From NCBI GenBank assembly GCA_963845425.1, contig CAWJSC010000017.1, positions 123,843 through 187,842 on the forward strand: a stretch of 64,000 nt of DNA, given 5' to 3'. Positions 1 to 8,065 of this stretch are shown piece after piece. How positions within the stretch are numbered: position 1 is the stretch's first letter; the number at the start of each line of letters is the position of its first letter. Source of the DNA: an uncultured Microthrixaceae bacterium. GTDB taxonomy: Bacteria > Actinomycetota > Acidimicrobiia > Acidimicrobiales > DATDAH01. The translations under genes were made by a program, and so were the position numbers. The notes under the pieces are model-generated. The model saw nothing but the letters and a program-made list of their open reading frames with translations, did not search any database and was not told where the DNA came from.

Positions 1-1352
1 GCGGTCAGGCGGCCCTCGGTGTCGCACCCCGCCTCGTAGGTCAGGCGGATCGGATGGCGCTTGGGGTGGATGAGCAGCGACTGCTCGCGGGTGAGCGTGC
101 ACTTCACTGGCCGCTGCAGGAGGTGGGCCGCCAGCGCCGTCTGGGCCTGGTTGGCCATGTCCTCCTTGCCGCCGAACGCGCCGCCGTTGGACACCAGCGT
201 CACCTCGACCCGGTCCGTGGGCAGGCCGAGCACCGAGGCGATCTGGTCCCGGTCGTCCCACACCCCCTGGCCGCCCGACCAGACCTGGAGGACGCCGTCG
301 GGCCGGGGCGCGGCCAACGTGGACTCGGGCTCCAGAAATGCCTGTTCGACCCGCTGGGTCTGGAACGTCTCCCGCACGACATGGGCCGACGCCGCCAGCG
401 CGTCGTCGATCGCCTCGCCCCGGGTGTAGGTGGACCGGGACAGCTCGTTGCCGTCGAGCCCCCACACGGCGTCCTCGTCGGCCGCCAGCGCGGCGTCGGG
501 GTCGACCAGGGGCGCCAGGACGTCGTAGTCGACCTCGACCAGCGCGGCCGCCCGCTCGGCTGTGGCCCGGTCCACGGCCACGACCAGCGCCAGGACGTCG
601 CCCAGGTAGGAGGTCCGCCCGCCCTCAGGGATGAACACCGGCCAGTCCTGGTGGATGAGCCCCACCCGGAGCTCGCCCGGGACGTCGGCCGCGGTCAGGA
701 CCGCTTCGACGCCCGGCGCGGCCGCCGCCGCGGCGGTGTCGATGGCCAGGACGTCGGCCCGGGCGTGGTCGGCCAGGCGGAGCACGCCGTGGAGGACGCC
801 CTCGGGGGCCAGGTCGTCGATGAACGGCCGGCTACCGGCCGACAGGGCCGTGCCCTGGTGCTTGGCCGCCGACGCGCCCACGCCGCCCGCCAGCGACGGG
901 GTCGGGGACTCGCCCCGGGCCAGCGTCTCGATGGCGTCGAGGATCTTCACGTAGCCCGTGCACCGGCAGAGATGGGCGCCGAGGTGGCGGGCCGCCTTCT
1001 CCCGGGTGAGCTCGGGGTCCTTGTCCAACAGCGCCTTCGTGCGGACCAGGATCCCCGGCGTGCAGAACCCGCACTGCAGAGCCCCCGCGGCGGCGAAGGC
1101 GTCGGCGTAGCGCTCCCGCTCCCGAATCCCCTCGAGGGTGACGACCTCCCGGCCCGCCACCTTCTCCAGCGAGACCTGGCAGGCCACGACCGCCTTGCCG
1201 TCGAGCAGCACGGTGCAGCAGCCGCACTGGCCGGACGGGGCGCAGCCGTCCTTGGTGGAGATGATCCCGAGGTCCTCCCGCAGCGCCACCAGCAGGTGGG
1301 CCCGGTCGTCGGGGACCTCCACCGCGGCGCCGTTCAGGGTGAAGGCCGTCAT
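1..1352 (-). CDS. Aldehyde-oxidoreductase / xanthine-dehydrogenase-family protein with fused N-terminal double [2Fe-2S] module and molybdopterin-binding domain (partial; 3' end beyond window)
   Basis: Absent from the ORF track because it is open at the window edge. My minus-strand translation from ATG 1352 reads MTAFTLNGAAVEVPDDRAHLLVALREDLGIISTKDGCAPSGQCGCCTVLLDGKAVVACQ...ALQCGFCTPGILV...HLCRCTGYVKI. It then continues without a stop into a Mo-domain-like sequence (...QRVEQAFLEPES...NGGAFGGKED...). The ATG overlaps the upstream stop (ATGA at 1349-1352). GC3 is high. Confidence 0.8.
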   Translation of the reverse strand, partial: MTAFTLNGAAVEVPDDRAHLLVALREDLGIISTKDGCAPSGQCGCCTVLLDGKAVVACQVSLEKVAGREVVTLEGIRERERYADAFAAAGALQCGFCTPGILVRTKALLDKDPELTREKAARHLGAHLCRCTGYVKILDAIETLARGESPTPSLAGGVGASAAKHQGTALSAGSRPFIDDLAPEGVLHGVLRLADHARADVLAIDTAAAAAAPGVEAVLTAADVPGELRVGLIHQDWPVFIPEGGRTSYLGDVLALVVAVDRATAERAAALVEVDYDVLAPLVDPDAALAADEDAVWGLDGNELSRSTYTRGEAIDDALAASAHVVRETFQTQRVEQAFLEPESTLAAPRPDGVLQVWSGGQGVWDDRDQIASVLGLPTDRVEVTLVSNGGAFGGKEDMANQAQTALAAHLLQRPVKCTLTREQSLLIHPKRHPIRLTYEAGCDTEGRLT

Positions 1353-2233
1353 GGCTCGCAGATCCTCCCATAGACCTCCGGTCGCCGGTACCGGCCGAAC
1401 TCGAACAGGGTCTCGCGGTAGTGGGCGCAGGCGGCGGGGTGCACGTCGGCCACCACGACCTCGTCACCGGTGGTCGTCGCCTCGGCCACGATCTCACCCG
1501 ACGGGGCGATGATGCAGCTCTCGGCCAGGAGCTCGACGCCCTCCTCCATGCCCCCCTTGGCCACGCCCACGACCCACATCCCGTTCTGGTAGGCCCCCGC
1601 CTGCATGACCAGCCGGTTGTGGAACCCGGCCAGCCGGTCCTGGTCCGGATCGGGCGGGTAGTGGACCGGCGTGTTGTAGCCGATGAGCACCACCTCGGCG
1701 CCCTCCAGGGCCAGGACGCGGTAGGTCTCCGGCCACCGTCGGTCATTGCAGGTGGCCAGGCCCAGCCGGGCCCCGAAGGCGGACCAGGTCTCGAAACCGT
1801 CGCCGGGCTCGAAGTAGGCCCGCTCGAGGTGCTGGAACGCCCGCCAGGGCTCGGGCTCCTCGTGGCCGGGCAGGTGGACCTTGCGGTACCGACCGACGAT
1901 CGTGCCACCGCCGTCGACCAGCACGGTCGTGTTGTAGCGGTGGCCATCGGTCAGCTCGGCGTAGCCGAGGGTGAAGCCGACCCCGAGGCGGGCGGCCTCG
2001 TCGAACAGCGGCTTGGTGTCGGGTCCCGGCATCTCGGTCTCGTAGAAGGCGTCGAGGTCGTCGCCCTCGAGCACCCAGCGGGGGAAGAAGGTGGTCAGCG
2101 CCAGCTCGGGGAAGGCCACCAGCTCGGCCCCGTCGGCCGCGGCCTGTCCCAACAGGTCCAGCAGGCGCTCGACCACCTCGGCGCGGCTCTCGTCCCGGGC
2201 GATCGGCCCCAGCTGCGCCGCCGCCACCCGCAT
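1349..2233 (-). CDS. N-carbamoyl-D-amino-acid hydrolase (D-carbamoylase)-like carbon-nitrogen hydrolase
   Basis: 294 aa from ATG 2233, inside track ORF 1349..2884 whose N-terminal 217 aa are Arg/Pro junk. Sequence: MRVAAAQLGPIARDESRAEVVERLL...FPELALTTFFPRW...YRKVHLPGH...CNDRRWPE...YNTP. As I remember it, this is collinear with Agrobacterium D-carbamoylase. Nitrilase-superfamily Glu/Lys/Cys contexts are present. Confidence 0.85.
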   Translation of the reverse strand: MRVAAAQLGPIARDESRAEVVERLLDLLGQAAADGAELVAFPELALTTFFPRWVLEGDDLDAFYETEMPGPDTKPLFDEAARLGVGFTLGYAELTDGHRYNTTVLVDGGGTIVGRYRKVHLPGHEEPEPWRAFQHLERAYFEPGDGFETWSAFGARLGLATCNDRRWPETYRVLALEGAEVVLIGYNTPVHYPPDPDQDRLAGFHNRLVMQAGAYQNGMWVVGVAKGGMEEGVELLAESCIIAPSGEIVAEATTTGDEVVVADVHPAACAHYRETLFEFGRYRRPEVYGRICEP

Positions 2234-2283
2234 CGTGGCCCGGTCCGATGGCCGGTCCGGGCCCCCGCTCGCGGTCGGCTCGC

Positions 2284-3525
2284 TCACACCCCGTCGTCCT
2301 CGGTGAGGGCCAGCAGGACCTGCAGGAGGACGTCGGCGCCGGCGTCGAGGTCGGCGGGCTCGGTGTGCTCGGCCGGGTTGTGGCTGATGCCGTCGTGGCT
2401 GGGGGTGAAGACCATGCCCGCCGGGCAGACGCCGGCCAGCAGGCCGGCGTCGTGGCCCGCGCCGGCGGGCAGGCGCAGGACCGAGTGGCCGAGGCGCTCG
2501 GCGGTGCCGGCGACCAGGTCGACCACCCGGGGGTCGAAGGTCACCGGCTCGAAGCGGGCGAGGGTGGCGGCGTCGACGGTGACCCCTTCGGCGGCGGCCA
2601 CCTCCCGGACGAGGTCGGCCAGGCCGCGCTCGGCGTTCTGGAGGAGCGCCTCGTCGGTGTTGCGCAGGTCGACGGTCATCCGGGCCCGGCGGGCGACGAC
2701 GTTGGTCAGGCCCGGGTCGAGGTCGATGACCCCCACCGTGCCCACCTGGGCGCCACCCAGCACCGTGACCAGGTCCCGGACCCCCTGGGTGATCGCGCCG
2801 GCGGCGAACCCGGCGTCGTGGCGCATGGCCATCGGCGTGGTGCCGGCGTGGTTGGCCTGACCATGGATGGTGAGCTGCTGCCACGAGATGCCCTGCACGC
2901 CGGTGACGGCGCCGATCGTCTGGCCCTGGCGCTCCAGGACCGGGCCCTGCTCGATGTGGAGCTCGACGAAGGCGTGGGGGACCGGTCCGGGCACGGGCAC
3001 GGGGCCGCGGTACCCGATGCGGTCGAGCTCGTCGCCGAGGACGACGCCGTCGGCATCGGTGCGGCCCAGGGCCTCCTCGAGGGGCAGGCCCCCGGCGTAG
3101 GTCATGCTGCCGAGCATGTCCGGGCTGAACCGAGCCCCTTCCTCATCGGTGAAGAAGGCCACCTCCAGCGGGCGCCGGGTGACGACGTCGGCGTCGTTCA
3201 GGGTGGCCACCACCTCGAGGCCCCCGAGCACGCCGAGGTTGCCGTCGTAGCGGCCCCCGCTGGCGACCGTGTCGATGTGGGAGCCGGTCATGACCGGGGC
3301 ACGGTCCTCCCGGCCCGCCCGGCGCCCGACCACGTTGCCGATGGCGTCGATGCGGACCTCGAGGCCCAGCTCCTGCATCCACTCCACGACCAGGTCCCGC
3401 CCGGCCTTGTCCTCGTCGGTCAGTGCCAGCCGGCAACAGCCCCCGTCGCCGGTGTCGCCGATCTCGGCCAGGGTGGCCAGCCGGCGTCGCAGCCGGTCAC
3501 CGTCCACCCGGAGGTCGTCCAGCAC
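2284..3525 (-). CDS. M20-family Zn amidohydrolase (allantoate amidohydrolase / N-carbamoyl-L-amino-acid hydrolase type)
   Basis: Track ORF 2284..3594. Motifs: LAEIGDTGDGGCCRLALTDEDKAGRDLV, MTGSHIDTV, GRYDGNLGV, FFTDEEGARF, HNPAEHT. I prefer GTG 3525 (VLDDLRVDG...), downstream of GAAGGAGG. The ATG at 3594 lies inside the 3555-3591 palindrome and would add an unconserved leader. Confidence 0.8.
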   Translation of the reverse strand: MLDDLRVDGDRLRRRLATLAEIGDTGDGGCCRLALTDEDKAGRDLVVEWMQELGLEVRIDAIGNVVGRRAGREDRAPVMTGSHIDTVASGGRYDGNLGVLGGLEVVATLNDADVVTRRPLEVAFFTDEEGARFSPDMLGSMTYAGGLPLEEALGRTDADGVVLGDELDRIGYRGPVPVPGPVPHAFVELHIEQGPVLERQGQTIGAVTGVQGISWQQLTIHGQANHAGTTPMAMRHDAGFAAGAITQGVRDLVTVLGGAQVGTVGVIDLDPGLTNVVARRARMTVDLRNTDEALLQNAERGLADLVREVAAAEGVTVDAATLARFEPVTFDPRVVDLVAGTAERLGHSVLRLPAGAGHDAGLLAGVCPAGMVFTPSHDGISHNPAEHTEPADLDAGADVLLQVLLALTEDDGV

Positions 3526-3554
3526 CGGCCCAGTCTGCCCCTCCTTCTGAAATT

Positions 3555-3591
3555 GCGCCGATTTGTCACGCCAGGCGTGACAAATCGGCGC
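3555..3591. repeat. 37-bp perfect inverted repeat (18-bp arms, 1-nt centre) between two co-directional operon genes
   Basis: GCGCCGATTTGTCACGCC-A-GGCGTGACAAATCGGCGC, read directly from the sequence. It lies between the Mo-subunit stop (3611) and the amidohydrolase SD/start. On the minus strand it is followed by AAUUUCAGAAGGAGG. Confidence 0.9.
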
Positions 3592-3610
3592 CATTTGGGC
3601 AGGGGGCGGG

Positions 3611-5773
3611 TCAGAGGCAGATGTCCTCGGGGCGGATGGGGACCCGGGGCAGCGCCCGACCGGTCGCGGCGCGGATGGCGGCGGCCACCGCAGGGGTCGA
3701 GGACAGGGTCGGGGGCTCGCCGACGCCCTTGGCCCCGAAGGGCGCGCCGGGCTCGGGCTCCTCGACGAGGGCGGCGATGCGCACCTCGGGGGCGTCGAGG
3801 GCGGTGGGGATCAGGTAGTCGGTGAACGTCGGGTTGAGGACCTGGCCCGCCGAGAGCTTCATCTCCTCCATGACGGCGAGGCCGACGCCCTGGAGCGTGC
3901 CCCCCTCGATCTGGCCCACGACCTGCAGCGGGTTCAGGACCCGGCCGACGTCCTGGGCCGTGGTCATGTCGACCACCTTGACGAGGCCGAGCGCCGGGTC
4001 GACGTCGACCACCGCCCGGTGGGCGGCGAAGGCGAACGACACGTGGGCGTCGCCCTGCCCGTCCTCGTCGAGGAGCGAGGTGGCGGCGTGGCGGAAGGTG
4101 ACCTCCTCTTCGATGACCCCGGTGTCGCCGGCGTCGATGCGGCGCTTGACCGCCAGGCAGGCCGCGTGCACGGCGCCCCCCGACATCCAGGTCTGCCGGC
4201 TGGCGGAGGTGGACCCCGCCGAGCCGATGGCGGTGTCGACCGGCCCCAGCACGACGTCGTCGACCCCCAACACCTCGTGGGCGATCTGGCGCACCAGCGT
4301 CACGAACCCCTGCCCGACCTCGGCGCAGGCGCACGTGACGGTCACCACGCCGTTCTCGAGCCGGCAGGACGCGGTGGAGTAGTCGTCGAACCCCTCGGAG
4401 AACATCAGGTTCTTGAAGCCCACGGCGTAGCCGACGCCCCGACGGACGTCCTCGGCATCGGTGGTCAGGCCGGCCCCACCGGGTCGGTCGAGGGCGTCCC
4501 CGTCCGGGGGTGGCGGCAGCGGGTGTTCCGCACAGGCCCGGAGCAGCTCGGCCACGGGCGCGGCACCGGTGATGACCTGGCCGGTGAGCAGGGTGTCCCC
4601 CGGCTTCAGCACGTTGCGCAGCCGGACCTCGACCGGGTCCAGGCCGAGCGCGTGGGCCAGCTGGTCCATCTGGGACTCGACGGCGAAGGTGGACTGCACT
4701 GCGCCGAACCCCCGCATGGCCCCGCACGGCGGGTTGTTGGTGCGCACGACCTTCCCGTCGATCACCCCGTTGGGCACGAGGTACGGGCCGGCGGCGAGGC
4801 AGGTGGCGTTGGCCAGCACCGCGGCGGAGGAGGACTGGTAGGCCCCCCCGTCGAGCAGCAGGCGGGCGTCGACCCGAACCAGACGGCCGTCCCGGTCGGC
4901 CTCGTGGCGGTAGTGCATGCGGGCCGGGTGACGGTGGACGTGGCCGACGAAGGACTCCACCCGCGTGTAGCTCATCCGCACCGGCCGCCCGGTGCGCAGC
5001 GCCAGGAGGCAGGCGTGGACGTGGAGGCTGAGGTCCTCCCGGGCGCCGAAGGCCCCGCCCACGCCGGCGAGGGTCAGGCGGACCTGCTCGGGGGCCAGCC
5101 CGAGGCAGGCCGCGACCTGGTCCCGGTCCGAGTGCAGCCACTGGGTCGAGACGTAGAGGTCCACGCCCCCGTCCTCGGCCGGGACGGCCATGCCCGACTC
5201 CGGGCCCATGAAGGCCTGGTCCTGCATCCCGACCTCGTAGGTCCCCTCGACCACGACCTCGCCGTGGGCGTCGGGATCGCCGTGGCGGACGACCAGCTCC
5301 CGGAAGAGGTTGCCGAACGGGTGGATGGGCTCGGCCTCGAGCGCGGCCTCGGCGTCGATCAGCGGGTCCATGGGCTCGTAGTCGACTTCGAGGGCGGCGG
5401 CCGCCCGGCGGGCCGTCTCGGGGTGGTCGGCGGCGATCGCCGCGACCGCCTCTCCCTGGTAGCGGATGACCTCCGAGGCGAAGACCGGCTGGTCGGCCCG
5501 GTCGAGGCCGTAGTGGGCCTCGCCCGGGACGTCCTCGGCGATCAGCACGGCGTACACGCCGGGGACGGCCAGCGCGGGGCCGACCCGGACGGCGCGGATA
5601 CGGGCGGCGGCGTGGGGGGAGCGCACCGTGCGCCCGAAGAGGGCGCCGTCGGCCCAGAGGTCGGAGCCGAAGGCGAAGCGCCCCCGGACCTTGGGGACGC
5701 CGTCGGGGCGGGGGACGCTGGTGCCGATGCGCGGCGGGGCGCCGGTGGTGGCGGTGTCGACGGTGTCGGTCAC
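3611..5773 (-). CDS. Xanthine-dehydrogenase-family molybdopterin-binding large subunit
   Basis: C-terminal 720 aa of track ORF 3611..6112. GTG 5773 (VTDTVDTATTGAPPRIGTSVPRPDGVPKVRG...) overlaps the small-subunit stop (GTGA). Motifs: GAFGARED, RTNNPPCGAMRGFG, GQGF, FGAKGVGEPP. Confidence 0.85.
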   Translation of the reverse strand: MTDTVDTATTGAPPRIGTSVPRPDGVPKVRGRFAFGSDLWADGALFGRTVRSPHAAARIRAVRVGPALAVPGVYAVLIAEDVPGEAHYGLDRADQPVFASEVIRYQGEAVAAIAADHPETARRAAAALEVDYEPMDPLIDAEAALEAEPIHPFGNLFRELVVRHGDPDAHGEVVVEGTYEVGMQDQAFMGPESGMAVPAEDGGVDLYVSTQWLHSDRDQVAACLGLAPEQVRLTLAGVGGAFGAREDLSLHVHACLLALRTGRPVRMSYTRVESFVGHVHRHPARMHYRHEADRDGRLVRVDARLLLDGGAYQSSSAAVLANATCLAAGPYLVPNGVIDGKVVRTNNPPCGAMRGFGAVQSTFAVESQMDQLAHALGLDPVEVRLRNVLKPGDTLLTGQVITGAAPVAELLRACAEHPLPPPPDGDALDRPGGAGLTTDAEDVRRGVGYAVGFKNLMFSEGFDDYSTASCRLENGVVTVTCACAEVGQGFVTLVRQIAHEVLGVDDVVLGPVDTAIGSAGSTSASRQTWMSGGAVHAACLAVKRRIDAGDTGVIEEEVTFRHAATSLLDEDGQGDAHVSFAFAAHRAVVDVDPALGLVKVVDMTTAQDVGRVLNPLQVVGQIEGGTLQGVGLAVMEEMKLSAGQVLNPTFTDYLIPTALDAPEVRIAALVEEPEPGAPFGAKGVGEPPTLSSTPAVAAAIRAATGRALPRVPIRPEDICL

Positions 5774-6249
5774 CGCGGGGAGCCTCGCTCCCGCGCCGCC
5801 ACCCGGACGGCCTCGATGATCCGCCCGTAGCCGGTGCACCGGCAAAGGTTCCCGGAGATGGCCTCCCGGATCTCGAGGTCGGTGGGGTCCGACGTCCGGT
5901 CCAGCAGGTCGTCCACCGCCATCACCAGCCCGGGTGTGCAGAACCCGCACTGCACGGCCCCCTCGGCGACGAACGCGGCCTGAACACCGGACAGCACCCC
6001 GTCGTCCTCCTGGCCCTCGACGGTCTCGACCTCCTCGCCCGCGACCGACGCGGCGAGCACCAGGCACGAGCAGACGAGGGTCCCGCCGACCTTCACCGAG
6101 CAGGACCCGCACTCGCCCTCTTCGCAGGCGTTCTTGGTGCCGGGCAGGTCGAGCCGGTCACGCAGGACGTTGAGCAGGCTCTCGCCGAGCCATGCGTCCT
6201 GGACCTCGTGGAGCCGGCCGTTGACGTTCAGGGTGTAGGCCAGGTTCAC
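5770..6249 (-). CDS. (2Fe-2S)-binding small subunit of XDH/CODH-family enzyme
   Basis: 159 aa. Motifs: CEEGECGSCSV...CSC and QCGFCTPG...CRCTGY. Its start overlaps the FAD-subunit stop (6246-6249). Confidence 0.9.
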   Translation of the reverse strand: MNLAYTLNVNGRLHEVQDAWLGESLLNVLRDRLDLPGTKNACEEGECGSCSVKVGGTLVCSCLVLAASVAGEEVETVEGQEDDGVLSGVQAAFVAEGAVQCGFCTPGLVMAVDDLLDRTSDPTDLEIREAISGNLCRCTGYGRIIEAVRVAARERGSPR

Positions 6250-7043
6250 GGGAACGCCCTCCGGACGGCCCGCTCGGCGAGCACCCCGACCGCATGGCGG
6301 CGGTAGGCCGCGGACGAGCGGTGGTCGTCGATCGGTCGGGCCGCCTCCGCCACCCGGGCGGGGAACGCCCCGCTGGTGGCCTCCTCGATGGTGGCCGTGA
6401 CCCGCAGGGGGGTGGGCCCCACCGAGCCGAGCCCCACCGTGACCGTGCCCGCGTCGGCGTCCACCACCAGGCCCAGGGACACGACGGCGATGACCATGGC
6501 GTTGCGGGTTCCCACCTTGAGGTAGTGCTGTGGCCCCCGGGCCACGGGGACGGAGACGGCTTCGATCAGCTCACCGGGCGCCAGGGCGGTGCGTTTGACC
6601 CCGGTGAGGAAGGCGGTGACGGGCAGGTCCCGCGCCCCGGCGGCCGACCGCAGGTGCACGATGGCGTCGAGGGCGACGAGCACGGGCAGCAGGTCACCGG
6701 CGGGGGAGGCGGTGCCGAGGTTGCCGCCGATCGTCCCGGCGTTGCGGATCTGGGGCGAGCCGACCGTCCGGGCGGCGTCGGCCAGGGCCGGCGCCAGCGT
6801 GACGAGATCGGGCCGACCCAGATCGGTGTAGGTGAGTCCCGCGCCGAGACGGATCCGATCGCCGTCCCGTTCCCAACCGCCCAGTTCCGGTACCCGGGCG
6901 ATGGCCACCACGGCGGTCGGTCGGCGCCGTCCGTGGTTGACCTCGACCATGAGGTCGGTCCCGCCGGCCAGGACGTCGGCCTCGGGATCCTCGGCCAGCG
7001 CGGCACAGGCGTCGGCCAGGCTGGTGGCGACTCGGACCGTCAC
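6246..7043 (-). CDS. FAD-binding (CoxM/XdhB-like) medium subunit
   Basis: 265 aa. Motifs: LAGGTDLMVE, IRNAGTIGGNL, AAYRRH. GTG start at 7043. Confidence 0.9.
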   Translation of the reverse strand: MTVRVATSLADACAALAEDPEADVLAGGTDLMVEVNHGRRRPTAVVAIARVPELGGWERDGDRIRLGAGLTYTDLGRPDLVTLAPALADAARTVGSPQIRNAGTIGGNLGTASPAGDLLPVLVALDAIVHLRSAAGARDLPVTAFLTGVKRTALAPGELIEAVSVPVARGPQHYLKVGTRNAMVIAVVSLGLVVDADAGTVTVGLGSVGPTPLRVTATIEEATSGAFPARVAEAARPIDDHRSSAAYRRHAVGVLAERAVRRAFP

Positions 7044-7049
7044 GGGCCC

Positions 7050-7493
7050 CTAGTGGGTCGGTGCCGTCTCGGCGTCCATGAGACGTTCTGCCGTGACCCA
7101 GAGCACTTTCACCGCGATACCCGGAACGTCGCTCAGCAGCCGCCGGAACTCGCTGGCATGGAAGGCTCGGACACTGAGATCGTCGTCGGCCACCACCGAC
7201 GCCGTACGCGGACGCTCGCCGATCAGGGCCATCTCGCCGAAGAAGTCCCCCGGGCCGAACTGGGCGACCTCCACGCCGTCCTTCACGCAGGTGGCCCGCC
7301 CGCTCATGACGAGGTAGGCGTCCCTCGAGTGGTCGCCCTGGGTCATCAGCCACTCGCCCTTCGGCACCGTCACCTCGGTGCCGAGAGCGGCGAGCTCGTT
7401 CAGCTCCTTGTCGTTGCACGCGGCGAAGAGGGGCACGGCCCGAAGTCGATCGAGGTACGCCTTCGGCGTCTTCTGGCTCTTCCTGCTCATCAT
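7050..7493 (-). CDS. Stand-alone cyclic-nucleotide-binding (CNB) domain protein
   Basis: 147 aa. Contains LRAVPLFAACNDKELNELA and the phosphate-binding-cassette-like FFGEMALIGERPRTASVVA. No DNA-binding or other output domain. Its stop lies 6 nt upstream of the FAD-subunit start. Confidence 0.85.
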   Translation of the reverse strand: MMSRKSQKTPKAYLDRLRAVPLFAACNDKELNELAALGTEVTVPKGEWLMTQGDHSRDAYLVMSGRATCVKDGVEVAQFGPGDFFGEMALIGERPRTASVVADDDLSVRAFHASEFRRLLSDVPGIAVKVLWVTAERLMDAETAPTH

Positions 7494-7601
7494 CTACCTT
7501 CCGGTTCGAGCGGTTCAGGTGGTCTGCGGCGGGGCACCCCCACGTCGAACTGACCTGCAAAGCGGCTCAGCAGTCTGCCACGCGCCGGCGGTGACCTGGC
7601 G

Positions 7602-8024
7602 CTATCCGGCCTGCCCCCGCGCCCTCCGCAGCGCGCCGGCCAGTCCCGCGAGCAACTGGGCGTTGAGGTCCGGGAACTCACGGAGCAGCGTGCGGAACAT
7701 GCGAACGCCGAGCACGGCCACCTCGAGCTCGGTCTCGGAGGTCACGGTGGCGGCCCTCGGCTCCCCGTCGAGCAGGGCCAGCTCACCGAAGTACTGCCCG
7801 GGACCGAGCGTGTCGGCCAACTCGCCGTTCACCGTGACCCGGGCATGACCATCCAGGATCACATAGAAGGCGTCTCCGGGATCACCCTGGCGGGTCAGCT
7901 CGACCCCGGGTTCGAGGCGAACGGTCTCGACATGACGGGTCACCGTCTTCAACTCGGCTCGGCTGCAGCGCGAGAACAGGTCCACCGCCGCGAGCAGCTC
8001 GGTCAGTTCGCGCTTCGATCGCAC
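7602..8024 (-). CDS. Stand-alone cyclic-nucleotide-binding (CNB) domain protein, second copy
   Basis: 140 aa. Contains LAAVDLFSRCSRAELKTV and YFGELALLDGEPRAATVTS. No output domain. Confidence 0.85.
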   Translation of the reverse strand: MRSKRELTELLAAVDLFSRCSRAELKTVTRHVETVRLEPGVELTRQGDPGDAFYVILDGHARVTVNGELADTLGPGQYFGELALLDGEPRAATVTSETELEVAVLGVRMFRTLLREFPDLNAQLLAGLAGALRRARGQAG

Positions 8025-8065
8025 GGGCGCCGAAGGTAGCCGTTGGGCCCGCGTAGGGTCTGGCC

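Noticed and set aside
54-1373. 439-aa plus-strand ORF (and the similar 832..1947 minus ORF) covering the left end
   Set aside because: The translation is Arg/Gly/Pro-rich with no motifs. It is antisense or off-frame to a clearly recognisable Fe-S/Mo oxidoreductase gene. This is a typical high-GC shadow ORF.
3555-3591. Palindrome as a CRP/FNR-type binding site
   Set aside because: The half-sites read TGTCAC...GTGACA with TCAC before GTGA (everted) and the wrong spacing. This does not match TGTGA-N6-TCACA. I kept it as an unexplained palindrome instead.
3526-3594. ATG 3594 as the start of the M20 amidohydrolase
   Set aside because: It would place the start codon inside the palindrome and add 23 unconserved residues. 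A GAAGGAGG SD and the homologous N-terminus (LDDLRVDGDRL...) favour GTG 3525, although the 14-nt spacing is long. This is noted as uncertainty.
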